Assembly: GCA_964016885.1 (NCBI GenBank)
Contig: OZ024743.1
Span: forward strand, 122,822,001-122,886,000
DNA from: Eledone cirrhosa
Lineage: Eukaryota
Length of the DNA stretch: 64,000 nt
Direction: 5' to 3'
In this document: one piece after another, positions 11,581-25,251 of the stretch
Numbering within the stretch: the first letter of the stretch is position 1
How the letters are laid out: the number at the start of each line of letters is the position of its first letter
Notes under the pieces: generated by a model
The model's database searches: none
What the model was told of the DNA's origin: nothing
Seen by the model: only the letters and a program-made list of their open reading frames with translations
Program-made: the position numbers and the translations under genes

Positions 11581-13936
11581 TGCACCTAACAAATGCCAAT
11601 GTTTGGAAAAATCGTTAGAGCTTCGGGCAAAAACTTTGCAGTGTTTAACCACTTCTTTTTATGTTCAGAGTTCCAATCCTCCAGAGATTGAGTTAGTTTT
11701 TCAGAAAAAAATTAGATGTACATAAAATAATTACTTGTCAAGTACTGGAGTTGATATCGCGACTGTGCCCCTCTCCCCAATATGTTGATGAGAAATGAAT
11801 TAATAAAAGAATGTCATACGTTCCATTTGTTTGCGCTCCTGGTTCATATTTCGTATATATGTTTGTATATTGAAATCATTTTCTCTTATTTGAAAGGATT
11901 GAGACTTTGAATTTGGTAAATGAAAGCTAAACTGTATGTGAATTTGGGAATCAAAAAGACCGGTATTTATGTAACTCATGTAACTTGTATTTAGCAAGTA
12001 TTTAAACGCAATACCTGTCTATTTCACAGACATGCTGTCGGGATAAGAGTACATTTCTAATACTAGCAAAACCTTAGAACTAAGTATATGTTTTAGCCAG
12101 GGACAAAACGCAGTGTCGGCGATGGAAAATGAACATTTGATTCTTGTTTGTTGTTTCACACACCAGCAATGACCAAGCGCCACTTAGCAAAATTATCTTT
12201 GATTACTTCCTAACGTCATCGCTTGGGGTCTTCTTATTGGTTGTTTTTATTCCTCCAGTCTTATCAGCTATCTATATCTGCATGTGTTGGGTTCATTAAC
12301 TTGTGTCAAAATACCACCGACAGCTAACTTGTGCGTAATCTTCCTTCGAGTTGGTTTGTTTCAACGCCAATATTAGAAAGTTATATTAATCTGATGTGAA
12401 TGATAAAGAAGATGAACACAGCATTCAGCCTCCCTATCCAATACAGAAATAGAAAGAACATATGAAACATTTGTTTCCTGGTGTTCTTTTGGGTGCTGTT
12501 ACTTTTATAGGTTTTGTAGTTTAATTTGTATGTATTTTATGTGTTATATTGTGTCAGTGATGCAAATAACTCATTAATGGATTTCTGACGAGGAATATAT
12601 TATATATTAAGGTGTCTAAATTTGGGATAATGACCTAAATCAGTAATATTTTAATACGTTAGTGAGACTATGACTTATCCTACACAAAACATTAATTATT
12701 TGTAGCTGTTATGACAAAATAGCTGCTTCCTTAGCCATTTATACTTACTGGTTTGAGGTGGGTATTCTTGTTTGTCAAAACAACATTTAATGGCACAATA
12801 GAGATGCATACTGGTCTATTTATCTATCTAGACGTCTGTTTTCTTATTGTTTGCCGGTATGTGAGAACTTAGTAGCTAGCCTAGCGAGATAATTGTATAA
12901 CCTTTTAATAGCTATTGTCTCCATGTGGCAACTTTGTTTTGATTTTCAGCAACTAGCAAATTGAAAATTAATATAGAGGAGCCTCCCACACGCGGTCGAT
13001 CCTTTCCCCGTTTATATTCTAATATAAGATTTCAAGCAGAATCTGTAACATAAATAAATACCAGTCTACAAAACATTGTGAGATATGTCTTAGTGCTTCT
13101 AGAAGTCATTTATGAAGTTGTTTCTTTGCCAACAGTGTGCAATATAGTGATGTAATAATTCATTATTTTGACAATAACGATATACTGTTTTATCGCGAGA
13201 AGTGTAAACGAGAAGTGCATAAAATAAATTTTATACCATATTACGTATTTACATATGAAGTCAATGTTTTTGATTAGCATAAAGAACAATGTCTGTAACA
13301 GGTGACCTCTAGCCCTTTGCTATTCACAAATATGAAATTCTACCAGCCTATTTTATATACAAGCAAATCTCAAAGAAAGCGTATGTAAATTTCTATAATT
13401 AGTAATACTAGAGTATCCATTCTTTTGTGTATTTCTTGAGCCTGTATTTTGTTTTATAATTTTGTCTGATACATCTCATTATGCGAGTTCTGGAGTATTC
13501 TTTTCAATGTACTATTACTAACATAATGTACTATTACCAATTATGATTTCATTTCTTTTTAATTTTGAAGCTTTAGCGCTTAGATGTGTCCAAAAGAAAA
13601 TTGAGGTATATTCAGAATTATGCAGTTAGAAAATATCAACTTTTCGAATTATAAGGAAACAAATGAAAGATAAAGGAAAAAGTAATGAAATAAAGATTAA
13701 AAAGCGAAAATATTACCGATGTGATACACATGTGTTTGCTTATTTCAGTTTTGTTAATTTTGACGAAGAACTCCCCTTAGGATTGTATTATAAATTACCT
13801 GAAATTGCCTGAAGCTGGTCAAGGTTACGTTATCATTTCAATCACTCTAATATTCATTTCTGTACCACCAAGTTTCATAAAACAACTTCCTAAGGGCATT
13901 CATGCAAATAATTACACGTCTAAAAGCTGCGTAACA

Positions 13937-14016
<80 letters not shown>

Positions 14017-14020
14017 TTAG

Positions 14021-14112
<92 letters not shown>

Positions 14113-14399
14113 TTAGACACACACACACATATATATATATATAATAGAAAACGAAAAATGGGAGAGAATATGCTCCGAAATCATTAGACGTGTCCGTCGA
14201 ACCTGCGTGTCCAGAATCAGACAGATCCACACAATGATCGCGCCTCGAGCTGTCCGCCGGCGGAACAATTGTAACACACAATAAATTGAGTTCAGATGCA
14301 TTACTGATTTTTCGTTTTCTATTAAATCATACTCTGCTCTGTAAGAGCATAGAGTGCTCAATGGGCATACCGCATATGGAAGCATCTTAGCTACTATCA

Positions 14400-14544
<145 letters not shown>

Positions 14545-15953
14545 TGTGTGTGTTTCTACTTTAGTATGATTTTATCGTGTACTACATTGTTTAACGTACC
14601 TCGACGTTTTATTGAACCTGCCAACGATTATACGTCAAAATAGAATTGAAAGCTTTTGAAAGGATTAAAAACATTGAAGCACATTTGAATTAATCAATGT
14701 TTCAGTATTTTCATTATTGAGGCTCACTATTTAGTTCCATTTGTTGATGGACGTACATTCCAGTTTATGTTTTAGAGAAAGTGAAATGGAAGTTGTGTTT
14801 TTGTCGTTTTCAAAGTTACTTCTATGATAATTAATTCCAAAGTAATCAACCTACAAATTCAGTCCACAGCCCCCCCCCCCCCCCCCAAAAAAACTCTTCC
14901 TTATATGTTGCAGTAATTAGTTAGGTGTGCTAATTGAATTGACTCTAATATATGAATGTCGAACAAGTGATAAATTTGATCCTAAATTTATTTGATCGCA
15001 GAAATTACATGATCTCATGCATCATACCAAGTGCTGGATCCCGTTCCCCTAATTATTAATCTTTAAAATTATGATATTAATTCTTGTAAAACATGACATA
15101 CGTTAGAACGAATAAAATACATATTGTTCGAATACTGCATGTTACATAACAGAGGTTATTCCACATCAGAAATTGAAAAGTTCTCGTGATTACCCCGCAT
15201 ATAGGTTTACCGATTTTCTGTGATCGCCACAAAGTAAACGATTCAAATCATTTTATAAAATTAAAAATTCATGACTATGATGTTTCTCGAAATTAATATA
15301 AATTTTCATTTTACATTATTTAATTAATTATATTCTACTAACAATATTTAAACGAACCATCCTTCAAGTTTACCTAGAATATTTTGCTAAAATACGATTT
15401 GCTATTTTCGGGTTCAGTTTACTTATATTTCTGCATTATTTGATGTTGAAATAATCATTGATGGCCATTTAATTTTACTGTTTCAACAAAACTTCACAAA
15501 TATCTAAACTATAATAAAGTAAGAAGCGCGGGACTGCGTACGGTTTATAATTTGTTTATCCCATTAGTAAAATAAGTTGGATTACTTTGAATAAATAATG
15601 AATGAATATTACATAATTTATCTACTAAATTTCGTGGCTGTTCATTAAATATATTTTATTATTTATTTAAAGATTCACTTCTTTAAAGTTTTCAAATGTC
15701 AACACTTCCGGTGGCGATCGCTTAAATAAACATATTAATTTTCTGTCACTAATTTTCTCCTAATGCACTTTATATATAATATCGTCTATTTTATCATGGA
15801 TTACTGTATCATGGATTACGTTACTGATTATATAAGACAGTGTAACACAGTCTTCGTTCAATTTTTGTGTATATTTTCAATTACGATTTTATTTGACGTA
15901 TAATATCTACATGTATATATACTTGCGTATAATATCAATATACATACTACACA

Positions 15954-15995
15954 TACTAGCAGAAAACCACCCGAAAGGTGGTTTTTCTGCTAGTA
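15954..15995. repeat. Short near-perfect hairpin (18-19-bp arms), possibly an inverted Helitron/Helentron-type end
   Basis: tactagcagaaaaccacc-cgaaa-ggtggtttttctgctagta. Confidence 0.7.
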
Positions 15996-16098
15996 CTAAT
16001 AAAAATAGAAAAAAATATGAAAACTATCTTTATAAAGAAGAAAATTTGGGTTGAATATATGTGTATATTTCTCGAGATATATAAATATATATATATAC

Positions 16099-16252
16099 CT
16101 GCAAAATGCTCGGATGGCTTCAACTTCAATTCCAGTTAATAGTTTATAATCATTATTTTCAACATTGATCAGTTCTCTCTTATAATCTGCTAAACATTCT
16201 GTTGTTTTCTGGGTAAAATCTTTGGGACACTGCAACGCTCCAGTTAGCATAA
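16099..16252 (-). CDS. Internal coding exon of an uncharacterised, possibly secreted, Cys-containing protein (xMLTGALQCPKDFTQKTTECLADYKRELINVENNDYKLLTGIEVEAIRAFC[R/S])
   Basis: Strong acceptor ttttctttttatttcAG and donor AG|GTATAT; 154 nt (phase 1 to phase 2); stop-free, non-repetitive, protein-like translation with 3 Cys. Confidence 0.72.
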
Positions 16253-16461
16253 CTGAAATAAAAAGAAAACATTTGTAAACATTAACTGAAAAGTTTCGGA
16301 GGGATGAGTGTATATGAATGCTCATAAAATTGTAGTATTCTCAGCGCAATAAAGTTGGGTTAAATCGGGAAAAGGGATAAAAAGATGGAGAAAGCACGGA
16401 GAAAGTAAACTAACAAGAAAAATAGAGCTTTAGCGTCATATGAATCATCATTTTCCTTCAA

Positions 16462-16562
16462 GAGGTTAACTTTGCCTTTCATCCTTTCGTGGTCGATAAA
16501 ATAAAGTACCAGTAATACACTAGGTAATTGCTGGCCTTGTGCCAAATGTAGAAACAATTATA
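16462..16562 (+). mobile_element. tRNA-derived SINE, 3' part
   Basis: Same core and tail as the other copies. Confidence 0.85.
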
Positions 16563-17035
16563 ACTAAAATTATAATCAATACTATGAATATCGAAACAAG
16601 GCTAAGCCTTTTTTAGGGGATGATTATAGTTGACACGTAAGAATCCGCGTTATTGACACCTACTTTATTCATTCCTCTATGATGAAAGGTGGAATTTAAG
16701 ATTAGAATGTTATACAAATCACTAACGCTTCTGACTTTCCACAACCTTAATTTAAAAAAAAGAAAAACTGTCTTTTTAGTGATGAGACAGAGTATAACCA
16801 ATTGAACTGAATCGGTATTTCGCCCTATATGGTTTATTGTGAATGAAAATCGATATGTTTCTGAAATAAATTAAATACAAACTATTCCGAATTGGACAAT
16901 ATGCTTAAAGGAGATAAACAAATTACGAGTATGTATTGGAGTCACTTTTTCTTCCCGTTTCTTCTTTTCTTTTTATGGAATAGGCTGCTAGAGATTATGG
17001 GGGACCATTCACAGCGTCACCTTCTCTAGAAATAA

Positions 17036-17220
17036 TTGTTTCTACTTTAGGCACAAGGCCAGCAATTACCCAGTACATTACTGGTACTTTATTTTATCGA
17101 CCCTGTAAGGATGAAAGGCAAAGTTAACCTCGGCGGGATTTGAACTCAGAATGGCAAGGGCAGTAACTCTATGCGTCAAAGCATGGCGTCCAACTCTCTA
17201 CCGATACTGCCAATTCACCG
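17036..17220 (-). mobile_element. tRNA-derived SINE, full length, with about 15-bp TSD
   Basis: Reverse-complement B-box ggatttgaactc; flanks ttctctagaaataat / ttctctataaataat. Confidence 0.9.
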
Positions 17221-18349
17221 TTCTCTATAAATAATAATCGGTTATCGTAGAAAAAAAAAAAGAAACTGACTGCTACTAGAATTGTCCTTGGATAGAAATA
17301 TGTGCATTACAATACGGAACGGAAACAACATTTTTATCAGATTACTGATTTTATGTGGGGAGTTATTCCAGTAAAGGTGACAATAATGGCGCTAAAGCCG
17401 GTGAATATTTTAACGATTTTGCTGATAGAAATAAGACATTTTGCAATCAGCCGAAACATGCACAACAAATATTTCGGGAAGACATATTTTCATACTCACA
17501 CTTAGAGAAACACAGGCACATATTTATATGCATACATTATAGATTAGAGAAGTGCTCGATCCCTGCTGTTTGTGATATTAATTTCCCCGATAGAGATTTA
17601 ACTCTTTAATTCACATACAACTACTTTTGTTTCTGTTTCGTTGCATTTTTCGAGTGAGTCTCATTTATATTCTACTCATAGATCTGCTTTAAAATCCTGT
17701 GCACTAAGAATATACGCCGCGAATCGAAGAGTTACAAGAATTCCTGCCTGGAATTTAACACTTTCTTGAGAAAGATGCACGAGATGTATTTTAGATATTC
17801 AAATTAGAAAGTTAACAATATTGATTTGGTTTTTTTAAAATAAGTTAAAGATTCAACGTTGTTTCACTGTTTAAATAAATACACGTCTTTTCCCGATTAA
17901 AACTGATTTATAAATTAATGATATATATTAAACTATTATTTACGTAGAATTGTGTTTGCAAATTGATACTTATTTATGTTAGCAGCCTAATATAATACTG
18001 ATAATAATAATGTAGTAGTTAAATATGATAACTAATATTGGAAACACAAATTTAAATTTTAAAGACCAACACAATGCGTATGAAGTATGTTAAATTGCCA
18101 AGATAACAGCAGAATCTTACTTTAGCAAATTTAACTCTCCCAATTGGATTCTAAGAAAATATAGCTTTATGAGTCATCTCATGTGCCATCATTTCATATC
18201 CAGCCTAAGTGTTTTATTATAGCTCTTAGGAAAAGATAATTCATGTGCATCGATAGTTTAAGTGTTTGGAAAGGTGTAACAGATATACAAATGGCGTAAT
18301 CTAGGGAATTTACTATTAAATATTTACTTCTCACAATCTCAAGAATATT

Positions 18350-18700
18350 CGGTGCAGGATGGCCAGATATTTAAGAAGTTCCCTTTGCAAACATTATGTC
18401 CTTGCATCTCACCTTGAGCAAGTTTCATTTACCACATCTTCGGGTTAACCCATACATTGTGAGTAGTAAAATTGGTTAGACGGACAGTGCTGGAAGCAGG
18501 TTGGGTGAACTGTAATTGTAATTCAATGAATGAGCTTTGTCATAGACTGTGTCACACCGAATCCCCAAGAGAATTCCGTCAAGGGTACACGTGACTGAGG
18601 AATGCTCAGCCACTTACCCGTTAATTTCATGAGCAGGCCCTTCAGTTGATCGAACAACTGGAACACACATCGTTGAAATCAACGGAGGTTCACATCCGTA
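18350..18700 (+). mobile_element. Older SINE of a different family
   Basis: Degenerate tRNA-like head, CORE-like accttgagcaag, GC-richer than flanks. Confidence 0.45.
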
Positions 18701-21700
18701 ATTCTTTTCTGTTTATTATTATAATTGTTTCACAGTGATACAGTTGTTCATTAATACTCGTATGTTCGATATAAGTTAATGGCTGGTCCATAAAAATTGT
18801 GAATACTGATAATTATCTTCTTAAAATACACATGTTTGAAGTGTTTTCTTACAATGGTTGTTTGCACTAATACTTGTATTTTAAACGCCTTTATGAGTAA
18901 CATATGCATATGTTTGTTCTAACAGGACGCGTCTGGATTGCATGACAACTTTATTTATGAAACTTAATATTTATCGAAACATTGGCTTTATATATTAAAC
19001 ATTAGTACATAATTGAACAGCTTATTTAACATATAACCTATTATATATTCATGTTGTTAGAATTGGAGACGCAAAGTCTTAGATTACAAGAAAAGGCAAT
19101 CCTATAGTAGTTACCAGCTGCAGAATTTCGACACTGATATGTGTCACTTTCTTAAGCCAACGTGTAGCAACGTAATATACTTTTAAGATTTAACAGAGGA
19201 ATAACAGCGATAGTCTCATACAAATAGCTTCATAATAATGTTATATCTTTACTGTCTACTTATGATATTTGCAGACTTGTATTTCTCTGGTTATCTTTTT
19301 TATAACATCATTCTTTGTCATGATGAGTCAATATGCATTGAACGTGGATAACGCCCAGAGAAAGAAAAACCCGCCACTCAATACAAATTTCTTATATGAA
19401 GTTTGTTCAGAGAATCAAACGTTTCTACATAGTTTCAGATCAATTATATAACATTTGAAGAAGCTATTGACATCATTGTTCTTCTGTTATTAATTAAAGG
19501 AGACGGCTATCAATGTATCAATGTAAGTTAATTAACTCGTTTCTATATCGATTCGGGTTGTTTTGTTTTGCTGAGAATGTTTTTTGTCGCTCATAAAGAA
19601 ACGACAACACTATAAAAATTCCAACCACATGTCTATTCCAAGCTGTAATTTCTTTCTTTTTTTTTTAAATTAAAAGAATTTTCTTTTCTTTCTAGTTTTT
19701 AAATCTATATTGATTTTTTTCTTTTATTTGTTGTATCCTCGTTATCGTATCGTCATTGTATGCCTTATGATGAATCAGAACATTTGCTAATTTTGCTGAG
19801 TCAACAATCCATAAATAACATTTCTTTTGAGACCCTTAAGAATATGGATAATCTATTATTTTTAACAGTTCCTATGCATTCTTTCCACACCCCTTTCCAT
19901 TTACAACGTCAATGAATGCTTTAGCAGTTTGCTTTCTTTGCTACTAATTTTCAGCATATATTATCAACGTTAAGTTTACAGAAAGAAATGATACTGTTCC
20001 ACCTCTATATTGTAAATAGCACCTTGCCTGTTTCTGTTCATGCCGTCATCTATGATCACTCATCCTCATTTACCAGCGCATATTATAACGATGATACCTT
20101 TCCTATGTATTATACTATTACAAATTATGTGAATTTACATAACAACCAGGCCACTTATTGCGCTATAATGCTTGTTTGTGTTATGCCTTGTCATTTCCGG
20201 CAAATGTTTTGATTTTACGTCGTATGGTAAAAATAATAAAAAATAATAAAAGCTTCTTTGAATACAGAATGTCAATTTCAAAATCATTTTATTTTTATTC
20301 TTGCCGGAGACATGATTTAAAAAAATCTCTTCGTTTATCAACATCTGTTTTTATATTACCCTTACGTATAGTGAAAAACATCGATCGATTTAAAATTTTA
20401 AACAGCTCCCAGAGAGCGTTTTCCTCAACCAGCTGCTGGGATAATCTCGAATCATGAAATTTTCAACACAATATATTACGTATGGGAGACCATACTAAGT
20501 TTTTGATAGATATTCGTAATCAACATCACTACATTCCCTCTAATTCTATAAATAGAAATCGTTAATATTTCTGTGATAGCTGAGTAGTATATAATTCCCT
20601 GTTAGCTTTGGCCCTGGGGGAAACGTTGGTCAGCGATGTATTTAATCAACTATATTACACATGTGAGTCGATTTTGTACTTGTATATTTAGTATGCAGAA
20701 CACACCTCCATATATTATTGATAGCAGGAGTATCTGCACACATCAAAACTTTGGATGTCAGCTGATATTATTACAACATAGCTTAAGAAAAATTAATTTC
20801 TTGTTAATAGAATATATTTCTGAAAAATTTTGTACCAACATTGAAGTGGAAAATTCCCAATATCCTTGAGTCAATTCTCATTGAGAACATGATTTTATGC
20901 AAAATCATTTTTCTTCATTATAACATTTCTTTACATTTTTGACTGCGTAAATATTTTTTAGATAAATACTTTCTGATTATTTTCCTTTTTCTTTCTTCCC
21001 TTTTATAAACTTCTTCATACATCTGCTGCTTTATGATGTAAAATAATTCCGTTTTATTTTATTTTAGATATCTTTAACTGCTCCTTTTTAATGTCGTATA
21101 AATGCTTTAAAAATGGAAATCGTATTCTATAGCTTAAGTTATTTTTCTACAAATTTGCCATTTCACGTTTGGATTAAAGTTGACATATAGCCATAGTCAC
21201 TATACATATATAAAACATTTACTTCAATAATTAATTATATAATTTTGGAATTTCTAATTGAAAAGTAATGGAATTTTTAATGAATTAGAATAACTAATGT
21301 TTAAAGAATCAATGGAATTAATAATTATTCAGTGAGAACTGAATAATTATGCACCTGCCTTAACCGAAGCTGTCGCAATTATCCTTCTTTCATTAAGAAT
21401 GAGCAAAATACAATTTTAATTCTTTTAAAAATAAATTTATCATCTATATAGAAACGCCATATGGAAATACAACAAATGCATTGTTATGTTGATTAATATT
21501 AACGTTGTCAAGAAAGTGAATAATGTAGGTTCTTGTCGCTAATTAAACCTGTTGCTACCACCTTCCCATAGCACTTAAATATGGAATCAGAAGAAACATG
21601 CTACCTCACTTAACAAAATTTCAAAATTGTCATGGTTTCGGCTAATGAATCAGAAGCAGCTTCTTTCACTTAATGCATGTGAAAAATTAAGAAATAAAAT

Positions 21701-23109
21701 CTAGGAAATAGGCATATCATTTACATAATGTATTCATGTTGTGTTAAGGCGATTGTGCTTTGAACTTGAAAGTTTCAGCAAAAACCTTTGAAATTTCTAT
21801 TTCTGCAGAAACTCTTATACTGATAACTGAAATATTTAAATTAAATATTTGAGAAAACGTTCTTCAAACAGAAGTTTTTCAACATAATCATTAGATAAGT
21901 AGAGTGTTTATCTAAATTATCCGATGTCTTAAAATTAGTCGATATCTATTATTACAAAGTAACAATGATTACATACCAAAGCATAAAATTAAAATTTATA
22001 GAAGAATTTTCGTGACCGTAATATTGTATGTCTTTCTCAGTCAGTTGACACGAGATGGTTTAAATTGTGAGTCTAAAGCTGGGTATAAATTTAGATCACA
22101 AGGTGATTACCTCTACTAATCTACTATATTACGAAGCTGCAGTAGTTTCTCTTGCAATTCACGAGATGGGGAATGGCATATTGCTACTATAATTCAACTG
22201 AAAAGACTATGGGTATGTACAAGCAATAGAGCCTGACAACAATTGAAACTGGGTTCCCTAATTCCCCTTTTCTAGTTAGCTGAGACTTCATTCCAAACTA
22301 TTTGCTTTGCATTCCAATTTGGCTTTCATAAAGCAAACAAAATGGTTCTGGCTTAGCAGCATGCCAAAATGTGACCCGACGACTTTTTATTACTTTGTCA
22401 TTCGATGATGTTTTATGACAATTCTGCTCCAGACTAATGATGGTGCCACATGTTTAATGCCTATAATTTTTTTCTTGTAGAAATCATTTTTACAGGAAGC
22501 AGAGCTTCATATCTTTGGTGATAATACGATATACCATTGTATATTTTAAAATTAAGTGTAGTTGGAATCAGAAATGGCATGTGACAAAAACCAGTAATTA
22601 GAAGTAATAAGATCTATGACCCAATGGTACAATAAATACTTTGATAATTATTCCCCCAAAATTAGGAAATCAAATAAGATATATAAATTTGAATAGTTTG
22701 CAGTCATATTTTGTGATAGCTACTGTGTATCCTTAGTATATTCTATCGACCGCGCAAGGTTTCGAACGTCTAAATCTATTTCTTGGCATTTCAAATACGA
22801 GGAGGCGCTTCTCGAGGATTAAAGCGGGATATTTAAGGAATGAACTGTCAGTTTCATTCATTGTCTAGTATTACTAGACCCCAAAGTAAATATTGTAATT
22901 TTATTATGAAATAATATAAACATTTCTTAAACTGCTTGAGTGAATTGAATTAAGGCTGCTAATCCTGGGATATGAGGAAAAGGAAACAAGGTCAATCAAA
23001 CATAAATCTCCGTTCTTGTTTCACTACAGGTACTCATCTAAGAGAACAAAATTTATCTTAGTTTGATCATTAATGACTAACGGCGACTTTAAGCGATATA
23101 AGTTTAAAT

Positions 23110-23416
23110 CGGGGGTGTGCAACATATTCCATTGGCGGGCCATTTTTGAACATTGGAACAAGTATTAGGGCTATAAATATTTATTAAGCACTATTCCAAA
23201 GATTCACCACAACTTGGAACTGGGAAATTATAACACACATAACCCCACCAGTGAACCCCTTAAGTATAGGTCAACTAACAGAAAATTGTATTACGGTTAC
23301 GAAATGAAATTGTAAATAAGCCTACAGGGTAAAAATTAAAAACAGTCTTCGCGGGCCACTCTGACTGGTCTGGCGAGCCGGATTGAGGACCGCGGGCCGC
23401 CTGTTGCATGCCTCTG
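23110..23416. mobile_element. hAT-type MITE
   Basis: TIRs cgggggtgtgcaac / gttgcatgcctctg, subterminal gcgggcc motifs, 8-bp TSD gtttaaat / ctttaaat (7 of 8 match). Confidence 0.75.
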
Positions 23417-23536
23417 CTTTAAATGGTTTATTCTGTTTGTTTAAATTTGTGACGTTGACCTGACCAATAATATGGATAACGCTTTTAGAAATAATCAGCA
23501 TTTTTATAATTGCTTTATAATGGGTAATATACATCG

Positions 23537-23840
23537 TGGCGGCGAATTGACAAAGTCGTTAGAACATCGGATAGAATGCTTTATGTATCCGTTCCGGCTC
23601 TCTGCTCTCTGAGTCAAATCCAACCTAGGTCAACTTTGCCTTTCATCCTTTCGAGGTCGATAAAAAGAGTACCAATCTAGTACTGGAGTCGATTCCTCCT
23701 CTCAGGAAGAAATCTGCTGCACTCAGGCGTGGAGAGGGATAGGTTCCGCCAGGCTTAAAATGCCCAAGAAATGCCGTATGTTAATACGGCGCCCCTAAGA
23801 CTCTACTAGGAGTTACGGGACCATACCATACCAGTATAGG
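23537..23840 (+). mobile_element. Older SINE subfamily with an extended 3' tail
   Basis: SINE head and core at 23537-23690; 23695-23837 is homologous to 42445-42590 (-), which also abuts a SINE. Confidence 0.7.
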
Positions 23841-25213
23841 TGCCATTATCCTAGAGAATGGTAGTGCTGTATATATTAGTTGATATGCTGTTAGTATTTA
23901 TATTCGCATTAGTAATTTGTTATTTTGAGATTAACTGCAACAAAAGTATAATAGATAATATTTTTAGTGATAATGATATTAGTAACTTCATAAAATAAAT
24001 TCCTTAAATAGACTCCTGAATGCCCATTGAAAATGGGGAAAAAGAGATTTCTTTAAGGTGTTAATGTAGTAAAATATTTATAACTAGAGTTACATACTGA
24101 ATTAATCGGATGTTTACTTCAGCTATATTGTACTTGTCAATACATCATACTATTGATTCGGTGGGAGGATGTTTATTTTATTAACCATTGATAAAGAAAA
24201 GCATAACCAAACTCAACATAGTGTAAAATTGAAAGGTTGGGTGTTATTAGATACTTACTACTTCGGATTTACTAGTGATTATCTCTTGTCTGTGTGATAT
24301 AGGGTTATAAGACCCCATAATTATATCAGAGTTAACCAGACACAACCACTACAATATAGTTATATATTTATAACTAGTCTTGTCTAGACTGCAACAGTAT
24401 GGTCTTCGTAGGGAACTTTTAACGCTGTCCAAATAACTGGATTCAAACTACAACCCACGCGACGGGGAGATCCAAGCTCCCTGATACTTAATAGGATAAT
24501 ACTTTTCGTCTCTTAGTCATTATAATAGTATTGGTGGTAGCAGTGGAAACTAAGCGTGAATATTTCAAACAGCAGGAGGAAAAATACAGAATAGAGAGCA
24601 TATCTCCGAGGTAATTGAAGTGAGAAAAACCACTGTTAAGTATTCCGCCTTGGCTACTCTTTATTTGACGCCAACCAAAGAATATAATGGCGGGTATTCA
24701 TAATTTCTTAAGATATATGCAAATATTGTTTCTCTCTCGTCCTTTTCTCACAAAATATTCTAGTTCATTTCGATCTAATGTTATTGTGAACATAGAATGC
24801 AGCTGAAACAGGTTCTCTGCTATTCTTAATGTCACGTATGAGTTCCAATTCAATACAGAGCGATTTTAGAACAATACAGTTTTCTGATAATTTACTTTCT
24901 TATTTCGGAATTATTCCGGGTCAATTGATTTACTGACCAATCTATTATAGTGTTCTTTGTTTGTTCTTGTGCTTGAACAAATGCCATGTAGTCTAACTGC
25001 ATTAAAGCCAACATAGATATATAGTGAGACGTCATTGATGTGTCTGCATGGTTAAACAATATTCTTTACTTGAACAAACTTGAACTAGAATTTCTTAAAT
25101 TATCAACATAATTATTCCTACGACCATGTCAACATCAGCATTGAGTTTAATGTCATAAGGTTGATGGGAGTGGTGTTGATTTTATATTATCATTATTCCC
25201 TCCTCCTTCTTAC

Positions 25214-25251
<38 letters not shown>

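Noticed and set aside
12588-12620. CTGACGAG as a hammerhead core
   Set aside because: No downstream GAAA or NUH at a suitable position
13800-13935. Possible next exon (AFRRVIICMNALRKL) of the minus-strand gene
   Set aside because: The available acceptor gives an immediate stop in the required phase and has no polypyrimidine tract
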